Shown piece after piece: positions 1-12,239 of a DNA stretch of 64,000 nt. This DNA comes from Bugula neritina (Eukaryota; Animalia; Bryozoa): NCBI GenBank assembly GCA_964035545.1, contig OZ037766.1, positions 21,006,767 through 21,070,766 of the forward strand. Reading direction: 5' to 3'. The position numbers and the translations under genes were made by a program. A model generated the notes under the pieces. The model was not told the origin of the DNA. It saw nothing but the letters and a program-made list of their open reading frames with translations, and made no database searches. Within the stretch, counting starts at the first letter, position 1, and each line of letters begins with the position of its first letter.

Positions 1-353
1 AGCATAGAGGTAATTTTAAAATAAAATAAAACAGGGTGTATTGAATTTAGATGTTTTGCTCAAACTTATTTTGCCTGCCACATATTTTTCCATTCTAGAT
101 ACAGAATAACAGAGGCTTGGTCATTTTTATCAGCACGCCCAAGAGAATTTTTAGACTTCTATCTTGTTTGTGTAAGCAGTGTAGCCCATAGTACGTGACA
201 ATCTGCACACCTGCACTACAACAACTGAGATTACTGTAATGTTCGCTTAATATAAGAACTTGAGCAATAATTACAAATTTTGTGATTGTTTCCATTCTCG
301 TTGAAAAATAAAACACAATGAAATAACATCTAATAGCTCTCTATGGTTCACAG

Positions 354-3300
354 GTAAAAAATGGCCTTAGTTCTAGTTCCAGTGAACTTACAAGCTTCTG
401 TGGGTATAACACACGAAGCAATGTTACGTCCCCTACCAGATACTTAACAGTGAACTTGGAGATTGAGTCTAGCAGTCCTTCTTCTAGAAGCTTCAGGAAA
501 TTCAATGCAACTTTTAGATCTTCAAGTAAGTTTTCATCTCTTTATAGTTGAACTAGTATATACAGTAAACATACAACTACTCAACCTGATGGCAGCTAAC
601 AGACAATGGCAGTTGCAGGGTGTATTTTTATAGGCAGAGAACAAGACTAGATTAACTAAATCTAATTATTCTTGTTTAAAGATAATGTGGTGCAGATTTG
701 TATTGCTTTTGTACAGCGATAGCTTTTATGACCCTTGCTGCGTTATAGGTGTAAGAAACTTTCTGTTTTTAAAATAAGGCAAATATGTTTTTAATTTCAA
801 ACTCTAAAATAAAGATTAAAAATTAGAGTAGAAACTTGCCCTGCAATTTTACCCTGTATATCATTCTTTTATCTTCTCTCTGCTTTAATATTAAAAGGGA
901 TTGCACTAATTATTTTTATTAGTTAACATTGTATTTGATATTCTGTTTTCTAAGCTTGTGTCCTAGTTCTAAGCATCTTCCATGTTTTGTAGATCAGTTT
1001 ACTAAATATTTTAGTAGGTGTAACATCTTGTCTCGTATTTTTCTGCAGCCAATTGTTCAGAGCATCTGGTAATGGATAGGGGATCGTTTCATTCGCCGAA
1101 CTACCCAGATTACTATGACCCATACACCAAGTGTTCGTGGCTGATTGATGTAAAGACAGGGAACGCAACTCTTAGTATTGACTATTTTAGTTTTTACCGA
1201 CATGACTGTTCAGAAGACAAACTCGAGGTACTCTCAGAAATGTAAAATAATGAGTATGACTAGCTAAATAAAAGTATCAATTTATCATTGGGTCAAGGGC
1301 AAATTAGTAAACAATAGCCATTATTGGAAAATTATTGGAAAAATCTTAGTCTATAATATAATAATTATAATATAGATAGTCTTGGATTTATAAATGCCAT
1401 ACCATTATAGTTGCTTTTTCACTGACTAAAAATATTATATTACACAGGTAACAAAAATGTTGTTTTACAGATTTTTCAAATGCAACTAATAGTTGTAAAT
1501 CAACAGACCTGAATTTTTTTTAGTTTATCTTTAAATCTCACGATAATGTAGACTAATTAAATCAAATGTCCTACAACCAGCTTAGTGAACAAAATTAATA
1601 GCTTTATAGAACCTTTGTTCTATTACAACTATAAAGGGTCTTAGCTCTTGCTTTTCTTATTTCTATTTACTTTGCTCTAGTACTTTAAAAACTCTGAACA
1701 ATTTTTAAAGACATCCTAAAATAGTGGTCTGAAGGAATAACAAACTGCAAGTGTTATAAAACATTTTTTAAAAAGTTTATGAACCAAAAAGTTCTGCTAA
1801 CAATTTGTTTACATAGTTGTTGCACTTAATTTAAAAAAAGGATGTTGTTTTATTTCATGTGCAGTAACATGACTGTCGTAGCTGTAACAGACTAGCAGTG
1901 CAGTTAATGTATGCATGCTTTTATTATAGATATTTGATGGGGATTCAGCAAACAGCACTCTATTGGCCACACTTTGTGGGTACATGACAAACGTTCCAAT
2001 AATAGTGGGGTCTAGCAGGCAGCTATTTATACAGATGGTGTCAGATGGCAGTGGCAGAGGTTCTGGCTTCTTTGCTAATTTTTGGAGCTCAGGTAAATAG
2101 AAAGTGAAAATTATTTGTGTATTTCATAAGTATTAATGCAGCCACTGCATATACAACTATACATTTACATATTATAAGTAGTATGTACTATGTACTTATG
2201 GCAATGGTATTATGCAAGTAATGTGTATATAAAAGTAGTATTATAAATAGCTATGACAAAATAATTGTTCAGCACATTCAACACATTCTTTAAATTATAT
2301 AAGGTGGTATAAGATTATGTTTGACAAAGAACTGAGTTTTCTATTTGGCATATAGCAGCAAATATATTTGTTATTTATTCGCCTTATTAACTGATACAGA
2401 GCATTTAGAACTTCAAAATATTATTTTGAATTAATTCATTCACCAGAGTTTCTATCCCTCTAAACCAGTCTGTTATATTTTGCAAGAGAATTTGAAACCC
2501 AATCTTAGTCTCTCACCAACAATACTTTCTGACGCTTCGATTTTTCCTACCAACTCAATTTTCTTTTCATTTATATCTATTTGCCTATCGTTGACTCCAT
2601 CTTTCTATCATTGCTTATAAATACAGTTTGCCGTATTTCACCACTGTAGTGTTTTAATGATGTTAATTCCTTTTGCTAAAGTTGCATTCTCGTTTCAAGA
2701 GGTCTAGTTAGATTTAGGAAAAGTACCTGTAGTTACACATCAGGTATTGTTGTGGGAGCTTTTTGGTTGTTTGAGGAAAGTTTTTTGTAAAAGCTTTTGC
2801 AATAGCTTTTACTGGCAGTTTTTGTTCAATGAGTGAGTACAGCTCAAATTTCCTCTTGTTAAAGATGCAGGCAACTTAAACTTTATTGTCCAAATAATTG
2901 TTAGAGTTTGAGTTTTGTGAGAAAAGTAAACTGTTGGCATCAGGTAAAAGGTAGAGTTGTGACCTGCATCTGTGCAACCAGCATACAGCATTCATGCTAC
3001 AGCCTACACATAGGCATCTATGGCACACAGCATTCGTTCTGACACAGATATTATTCTTATAGCATCAAACAAAACCAACATTGATCTCACATCATTTTAA
3101 AATCTTTGAAACTTTAAGCAGTAGACAATTTTAAGAGATTGAAACACTATTCAAAACTAATTGTATTGAGTTTCACTAACACATTCAACTAATGACTACA
3201 ATAGGAATTTTAAAATTTTTAGTTTGCTGGAATTTTTATATTTGTACACTATATAAGTGGTGTCCACATATTATGTGGATGCTGAGCATGAAAAGGTTAA

Positions 3301-6300
3301 TGACATCTATAATTTACTATGAGATAACTTTTTCAGAAGTCGACTGTACAATGTGGGGAATGGATGATGTTTACACCATGAAATACAACAATACATGTTA
3401 TGGGTTCTTCAAAACAAAACGGACATGGACATCTGCGTTGAGTTTCTGTGAGTCTAAGAACTCTTCGATGGCCACTTTTGAAAGTGATGCAACATACAAT
3501 GCCCTGAAAGACTGGGTGTTCAATGACTTGGCCTCCAACTACTACTTCTGGACAGCTGGCTACAGAAGGGTTGGAACCAGCCACCAGTGGTATTGGAAGA
3601 CCTTCTTACATGGAGGTACAGCAGTTATCTGTTTGACTATTATAGGTTGAGTTAGGTGGAGGCAACTTTTCACAGTTCAAATCACAGTTAGAGTTTCAAA
3701 AATAAGTTTAAAGCTAAAAATTGCTAACATGAATTATTATATCAATTATGCATAAAATGGCATCCAAAGCAGCTTAGCAGGATAATATTACTTAACCATT
3801 GAGTATGATTCAATGCAAGCATAGCAAGATTCAACACCAATCTGGTTCAAAGTAGAATATAAGGTCTCTGTGAAGATAGGAAACCATACTTTTCAGAACT
3901 TTATTTCATCTACTTTAGATATTCCCATTGACCCCTCGCTACTTCACTGGAAGGCAGGTCAACCTAATGACAATGCTGAGTATATATACATGAGAAGCGA
4001 TGGCCTGTATGATTATGGGCCAAGTGAAATCAACTATGTCGTGTGTGAAGGTAGCAATTTCTTCATTGCAACTATTTTGATTTACAACAATTTCTCAAAA
4101 AGAAACAAAAGCAATGTTGCAAGATAAACCTAGTAAATAGACGCATCTCTATGTTAGTTGACTGGCAGGTTCTTTAATTGTGTAGCTAAATGCAGTATTT
4201 CACTTACAGACAGTATTTCACTCAGCACTCACAAACAGTATTTCACTCACACACAGTATTTCACTCTTTGACAGTATTTTACTTACATACAGTATTTCAC
4301 TCACAGACAGTATTTCACTTACATACAGTATTTCACTCACATACAGTATTTCACTCACAGACAGTATTTCACTCACACACAGTATTTCACTTACATACAG
4401 TATTTCACTTACATACAGTATTTCACTCACGGACAGTATTTCACTTACAAACAGTATTTCACTTACAGTCAGTATTGCCACACACTGGCTGTATTGCACT
4501 CATTTAAAATGGATCAATCTTGTTTCCTTCAACTAAGCCATTCTACCTAATATTTATAGCTTTTATATACAAATCAGCAATATAATACAAAACTGTTTTT
4601 CTCAGCTTATATAAAATCAGCAAATATTTGGAAAAATTAGTATAAATATTGATGTTGAATGAACAAATCTTGCCAGTATGGCTGATAGCTTCTAGCTTAC
4701 TCAGAAATTTTGATAAAAGTGTCTTTAGTTCTCTGAAATTACTTTACTGCTTCCTCCTCTGTGAATCTACAAAAATTTATTGTGACATACTTGTGATTAC
4801 AGAAAATAGTAGGGTGACTGCATTAGAGCACATAACTTCCAACTACTGCTCTCCACCGCCATATATTAGTAATGGTGTCTACACCCCTTCTCAAGTGCGC
4901 TATGACGTAGGAACATCTATTACCTTCCGATGTGATGATAGATATACTCTACAGGGAGGTAACAGCCTGGTGTGCAGAAACGGACTTTGGAGCGGACATT
5001 TTCCAACATGCACAGGTAATAATTTAGAATCCCCGACTCACTCTAAGCTACTAAAAGTGGTACTGTCAAAATTCAAATCTAGGAATCAGCATGTTACTTT
5101 TTCATAGTAATCTAAAGTTAAGGTAACATAATATATGTAAATATTATAAAATAAATAAATTTTATCTATTATAGCCACACTGTAAGTTATTATGAAAACT
5201 AGTGCATAGCTAGGTTTTATGCAATACCTGACAACTATAAAACAGTAAGCATCTACAACAATTCTGTTTTGATGCAGGTCCTAATAAAACAAAATAATAA
5301 ATGTTGGCTGGAAAATTCATGGTGTTGGTTATTCAGAGTATTTAGCTCATAAGTTGGAATTATGTTTTTTCTTCTAGCTGTCACAACTACAACTCAGACA
5401 CCAACAACCACTGAAGCTCCTCCTTCTTCATGCCTGCCTCTACCTTCTATACAATATGGTAGACTCAGTCCCTCACAAACTAGCTATGAACATGATTCGA
5501 TGATCACTGCTGTATGCAATTCAGGCTATGAGCTACGGGGCAATTCAGCTGTCAGATGTAACAATGGCCAGTGGCTAGGGTCATTGCCTTTGTGTGTACC
5601 AAGTGAGTTGTCCAGCTATTTAGTAAGGGAGGAGGGGGCTCCTTATAGGTATTATATACATGTAAGGATATATATGATACATATAATTTACTATAAAGTA
5701 AGAGACTACCTTCATACTAAACTTATAACAGCCAAGGAAGAATAAGTTGTTGCTGCTAGGTCACTTAGTTATATTTTGCTGCCACTAACTATAAACTCAG
5801 TGAAAATAATCAAAGAATACTTTGAAATAATCTGTTATTGTTTAGCTCCAATTTAATTTACTGACCTAAATATTTATGTTGATGTTAGTATTGCAGAAAT
5901 TTGGTGTAAATATTTAGGTTGCATAAACCTGATACCAGACATTGTTTTGCTGTTATCTGAATAATTTCGACACCCTAAATAAATTTAAAAGCAGTCCTGG
6001 TTGTTATCACATTGATCAAATGTGTAGCTGTCAGCTCAGTTCCGCACAAATAACAAGTGATTCCAAATCTTAATTCTATAAAACAGAAAGAAATTAAATT
6101 TTTCTATAAAAAGTATAGGAGAAAATATTTTGTGCTAGTTGTTAGCATAAAGTAAATGGAAAAAATAATCAGAAAACACCCAAGTTCAAACTCACAAGTC
6201 TCCTAGTAGTATGTTTTGTAAAGAGACGACATTGTGGAGGTTTTTTGCTTAAAGTGAGAGCTTCTTATGCAGTCAAACTGCCTTATTCTGTGTAATCTTT

Positions 6301-8105
6301 AAAACAGTGAAATGCTGACTCTGGGCTTTAATACTGACTTGTCAATTGTTTTTAGTCAAAACAATAATTTTCCTATTTTAACTAACTACAGTAATTTCCC
6401 TGTTTTCAGCTAAATACAGTTCTGTCTATATAAAGTGCAGCATTGTGACCCAGTATAAAATTATTAAATGAAAAAGTTCTTTGTTTTAATATAAACAAAC
6501 CGAGCTCTTAGTAGTAGTATTTACACTAAATTTACAAGAAATGTATGATAAACACCTACTATAATATTGTGTAGCACTATTCTACATTACCCAGAATATT
6601 TTTTAGCACCTTCAACTACAGTCACACCAGATCCTATTCAATGTGACTTTCCTGCTAATACTGGACTCTACAGCAGCTTTTATCCAAAAAAGGATAAATA
6701 CGATCACAGTGAGACTGTTTATTTATTGTGTGATTATGCGGGAGAACCTTCTCAGAACCATTCTATGACCTGCATCCATGGCTATTGGTCCAGCTCTTTT
6801 CCATTTCCAAGTTGCCAAAGTAAATTATCAAATTTATTTTTAGCACAATTCCTATTATCTCTTCTCATATCAGCGCAATACTTTCAAAGTTTTACAAATC
6901 TAATCTTTTTAATCTCATGAAACTTTATTCACTCGTTTGAATTATACAAAAATAATTTCATTATTTAAAATAATAATAAGTATTGTGAGTAATTTCAACA
7001 GTAGGAAACAACATCCCCAAAAGGCTTTCTTTCATCAGGTTACATTGCCCTCCTTTCTATTATGCTGTCACAAAGGAAATCAAGTTTTTCTTAATGCCTT
7101 GGAAATTGAAGTTTCACGATTATAACCAAATATGATCTACAAACCATTTTTTAACAGTTAAATTTACTCTATTAAAAATATATTATTCTTCATATATTAA
7201 GAATTGAGTTAGCATTAGATATGTTTTTGCTAATTATGCCACACAGAATATATTAAATATGAACTAACTTTTAGAGTTTCAACTAAGTAATCATGAGTCT
7301 ATAATAATTTACTTTGTTAAAAGCAGCTGGTATAGCTATGATTCAAAATGACATTTGATTATTACAGATAAGACGATTCAAAAGCCTGCAGCACCAGGGA
7401 AAGCAGTGAGTAAGTAACTCCCAAATAGCTATCTGCCTTTATTTTTTGAGTATCGGAAAAGATAAATCCTCCCATGGACTATGCAGTACTAGCATAGTAT
7501 TACTGCATAGTATCGTAACCCATGCTGTACAAAAACAGTATTCTAAAATGTTGTGGTAAAGTAACTATTAATAGGTACAGTAATTGACCTATTTTAGGTG
7601 ATGATAGCCTGACAGCATCTTCCACTAAAGCAGCGAATACAAAGTACTCTAAACTGGTGGGGGGATTAGTACCTGTGCTGGTGATCTTAGTTCTTGTTAT
7701 AATAATAGGGGGAGTCATTCTGCATATGAAATATCAGAGGTAGGCCTTGTGATATCTACTAGAGTTGTCTTATATTGTATGTAAGATGATGGGATGTCTG
7801 TGTGTGTGCATGTGTATGTGTGCGAGTGTGTGAGTGCGTAATCTTCTTTTACTTTCTATAAGACATCTTGCTGAACTAAAAATGTATGTCATATATAGTT
7901 TTAACAGTGCGAATGCATTCCCTATGATGTCTATAATATGTGTATATTGGTGCAGTTTCAATATCTTATGTATTATTGTATTATGTTCTATTATCGTATT
8001 GGTATTACATCTAGCAGTTACTTAAAAATATTTTAGTTACAACATTAATTTTCTAGAAGCCGGAAATCTAATCTCTTATTGCTAGAAATGGATGAAGAAT
8101 CATAA
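354..8105 (+). CDS. 5'-truncated type I transmembrane protein: (half CUB)-CUB-C-type lectin domain-3x CCP/Sushi-TM-short tail; 602 aa visible
   Basis: Exons 354-525, 1049-1227, 1930-2092, 3337-3615, 3919-4050, 4803-5015, 5378-5602, 6607-6819, 7368-7409, 7598-7739, 8057-8105; all GT-AG and phase-compatible, 1809 nt. CUB motifs GSFHSPNYPDYY..CSWLI and IFDG..LCG..SDGSG.GSGFFANF. CTLD motifs CYGFF..TWTSALSFCE..MATFES..FWTAG..WKAGQPN..VVCE. Three 4-Cys/Trp CCP modules with Thr-rich linkers. TM LVGGLVPVLVILVLVIIIGGVIL; tail HMKYQRSRKSNLLLLEMDEES*. Start lies upstream of the window. Confidence 0.88.
4193..4475. repeat. 18-bp minisatellite (CAGTATTTCACTYACAYA)n, about 15 copies, intronic
   Basis: Directly visible tandem array; explains the spurious repetitive ORFs 4190-4507 and 4218-4499. 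Confidence 0.95.
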
Positions 8106-9962
8106 ACCAGATGGAAAGATGATTAGGAGTTGTCATTCACATGAAACATAGAACTATTTTGATTAATATTATTAAGTTAATTATTCCATTGATATTACTT
8201 AAGTATTAGTTGAAAACTGCATACACCACCTAACTAAAATTGTTTTCAAGTGATTTATATTATATCTAAGTACATGATTGCGTCAAGTTTATTCTAACCC
8301 TACAACTTTATTATTATTTGAAACATTTTTATTCAATGACAGGCTTGCTCTTGTTTTGCAATAGTTGGAATGCCAATCAGTTTTACCACACAAAAAGATA
8401 TATTTTATATTTTTGTATTATAATACCAAATTATTCATTTTATGAAGTATATGTATGCTGGACAGCTTTCATGATGTAAATACTAGTAGATGTGCATGTA
8501 TATATAACACTGCCTTATATGACTCAGGTTTCGAATGCATCTCAGAGAAATTTCAACTCGGCCAAATTTCATTTCTGACTGAAAATCGTGAAGGTATACA
8601 CGAAACTTAAACCTTTTTCTATAACATCAACTGCAATACCTTTGTTTCACAAAATCATCAACTTATAGCTTTTGCTGTTACCATCAAGTAATTTAATAAT
8701 TCTGAATGCCTATAATACCTTAAATAGTTTTATACGTTTCTACTGCAACCACTACAAGTAGTTTAGGATCTTCACATTATCCCAAACCCGAGATCAATTA
8801 AAATTACAATTGACATGGAAAACTAAACAAAATTACAAAACAAATACAATTGATGTCTAGAGTATTAACACTTAAAGCTAAATTTGCAAGTGGAAAGTTA
8901 AAGATGAGCATCAATAAGACACCATGTTCTAAATTTTCAAATATAGGAGTTTGCAAAGATAATAAATTTTTATAGAAGATTGGCAATATAAATAACGAGA
9001 GTAATTTCCAAGATCAGAACACATACTCAATGCGATATAATTGAATTCAGCTTGACAATTATTATTATATAAGTACTTTCAAATAAAATCGACAGCATAG
9101 TAAATGTAAGTATTTGCAAAAATTAGCAAATTAAATAAACTCCAAAAACAAACTCTCCGAATGTGCTGTTATGGCTTAATGATTGTGTGTTGCATGTAAT
9201 GTCAGTAAAGTTTTGTTGATGAATCATATTATTCATGTGCTCATCATGTCCATTACTATCAAAAAGAACGAAAGGCAACAGAATGTGTGATAAATTGGTA
9301 ATTCAAAATGCTGATAAAGTGATGTAGAGTTTTGTATTCAATGTACATGTGTGTGCAATTACACCAATTCTTTCTATAAAATAAACTTAATATATAAGAA
9401 CAGTGAGGGTTGAGTCACTATCAAAACAAATAAACAAATGGCAAATCACTGACACCTAATGCCTGAAGCTCATGATAAGTTATCATACATGGTAAAGAAA
9501 AAAGTGCATTTAAATTGTAGATTTAGAAAGTAGTAGATTTAAATGTTATGTAGCCTTGCAAAGTGACTTAAATAGTATAATGTTTAGGTGTGGAATGTTG
9601 AAATATTTTCAATATGTTGTCCAAATTATGCTTAGAAATGCATTTACATAAATAGCAGAATATCTTAATTATTGGAATTAAGGCTTTATATAACTAAAAA
9701 GATATTGAGGTAAAAGCATGTTATATATGTACATAGGCTTAGCTTAGGATATGCGTTTATTTTTTTATTCAAGTAAAAAGGGAATGTAAATACACAAACA
9801 CTACAGTAACTTTTTTAACAAGGCTCAAGTATAATGCAAAGCTTTATAAACATCCAGAAAAACAATCCATGATGCAATTGGCTTTTGTTTATTGACAAGT
9901 AATTGATGACTTTACGTTAAGAGACAGCAGCAGTTTCATAAATTTATTTATGTCAAAACAGT

Positions 9963-11715
9963 TTAAAAATAGTAATTAGCTACTCTTTCACATACGTAGT
10001 GTTGAACATAGTGACAGGGGCTATCTAACCAAGTGAGGTAAGGCCAGCCCTCAGTGGACAGACAGTGGGTGCTTTCAGTACTTCGAGCATTTGGCTCTCC
10101 AAGCATCCAATCACCAAACAAAATAGGTTCATTAATGGGGCCTACCCATCTCCATTTATAGCCTAGCTTCCTGCCTCCTACCCACACATTTCCTTTGGTT
10201 GACCATTCTGCAACATTTTTTAAATTGCAAACATAAATCTCGTATAAAAGACATTTGCATGCAATAATAACTCATTATTGTATGTTAGTTCTCTATGGTT
10301 TTGAAGTAAAAGGGAGAAAAAGAGTTATTATATCAGTTAACAGCTTATATATTCCTATTTATATATTTCTACTGCAGTATATTTCTATATTTCTATATTA
10401 ATCTATATTGCTATATTCTTATATTTCTATATTTCTATATCTCTATATTCCAATATTCTAATATTTCTATGTCTATATATATTATGACATGTGCGCGCGT
10501 GTGTGTGTGTGTGCGTGTGCGTGTGCGTGTAATGCATATATGTATAAAACCCCTACCTTTGTTTATGCTTCTATAAGTCTTGAAAAAGTTGACGAGCCCG
10601 ACAGTGTTTAAAATTGCCAAATGCTCATCAGCTGCTTCACAGTCTTCTTTCGCATCATGCCAATCCTTTTTTGAAGTTGAAAACCGCCAGCAGACATGTT
10701 CGAAAGGATAATGGACATATCCTTTTGGGCAGTACTCTTAACAATACATAAAAGCATAATATAAGCTAAAAGCCTAGAGTTTGCATAAAAAATTGCATAA
10801 AAAGTATTACTATAAATAATGTGCGACATTTGTAGGAAATGCTGTTTTGTCTTACTTTGTAAACACATAAACTTAGATTAAAATTAAATCACGATTATCA
10901 AATGAAAACATGAATATAGTTTGTATCTCATTTAAAATACTATAGAAACTTCACTATTTGTGGATTAAAAGTTAACCTCATATACAAGTATATATAGAAT
11001 AAGATTTCTCTAATAATTGAATATACATTTTACTAGCAGTGATGGGAAAATTCTAGTACAACTTGTGTTTTTTGGCCTTTAATTTATCATAAAACATAGA
11101 AAATGTAGGAAAATAAAAAAATACACTGTTTGCTTATATTTGATCACATGACATCTCATTTGTTTACCGGAACATCATATATATGAGTAGCTAAACTTTA
11201 ATAAACTCAGCAAAAAGGGTTTTATTCAATTCGTACTAAATACAAGGAAGTGATCCTTACTGAAGCAAAATTGATCGCTGTAATGTAAAATATTACTGCT
11301 CTAATTTACAGCTGTATGCAATTTCTATTTATTGCTGTCAAATATTTTACACAACGATGGAAGCTTGGCAAAATACTAAATCTTCTTTAAATTACTATGC
11401 TGAAAAACCAGTACAAACTACAAAAATAACACCAAATATGCTTATTCTTTGATGTAAGTGCGAAAAAATAGTCTATTTTGTAAGTTTTATAACCAATTCG
11501 TTTTATAACAAAAACAGTTGCTAAAAATGTTAAAATCACAGGCTCACACTAAACAAGTTGCATTTGAATTTTAAAAGCTAATAGAAAACTTATAATCATG
11601 TGTTTAGAATTAGTAAACATCAGGATAAACACATACCTTTCTCTGCAACTATTGAATGAGTTACTGAAACTCTCACAAAAAAGAAAACAGCGAAAACTAA
11701 ATAAGCAACCGCCAT
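9963..11715 (-). CDS. Secreted single-domain C-type lectin CTL-A (167 aa; EPN / WLD)
   Basis: Exons 11715-11637 (signal peptide MAVAYLVFAVFFFVRVSVTHS..), 10736-10557 (YCPKGY..CWRFS..DWHDAKEDCE..HLAIL), 10207-9963 (VWVGGRK..DWMLGEPN..HC..WLDSPC..YVCE); phase-1 GT-AG introns. Confidence 0.9.
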
Positions 11716-12239
11716 CTTCAATAACAAATGAATCCAGTATTGTCAAAACAAAATTTGTTTAACAGAGCTAACTTGATTCCTTCATAGCATGATAATATGT
11801 TACATAAGAATAATTTCAAGTTACCCATTATTATACCTATTAATACTTTTTGTCTAACCTATAGTTAAGAGCTAGGTGTGGCCACATATTCATAAGAAAT
11901 ATTATATACTACGAGCTGGTTTGATAATTCATATAAATTATATCTCTCATCAGATGGTAATCGTGATTCAAGTGGACGCGTCAGATATTCAGCCATAATA
12001 ATTCTATACATTCAACAGACTCCCACAGTTAAATTGTCATTTTCTCAAATTATTGCTCTATTTCAGTGTGAGGTTTGTGACATTTAATATGTATGATTTG
12101 CAAATATATTTGAAACTAGTAGTTGGAACATGGCTATAACTGTGATAATGATAGAACAAGTCCGTAGACCCTGCACATTTGGAAGGTTTTAGTAGTCAAA
12201 CAGGCAAGCTTGATGTACAAAGTATCGAACTGAGAGAAG

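Noticed and set aside
99-200. Possible extra exon of the receptor gene after the AG at 97-98
   Set aside because: No frame gives the CUB first half needed upstream of exon 354-525.
4190-4507. Repetitive His/Thr/Val ORF, and the array as a CRISPR-like locus
   Set aside because: Intronic 18-bp minisatellite with no unique spacers, in a eukaryotic context.
11044-11053. NF-kB-like site GGGAAAATTC (similar strings near 31122 and 34228)
   Set aside because: Imperfect match, expected by chance in AT-rich DNA, and not at a conserved position among paralogs.
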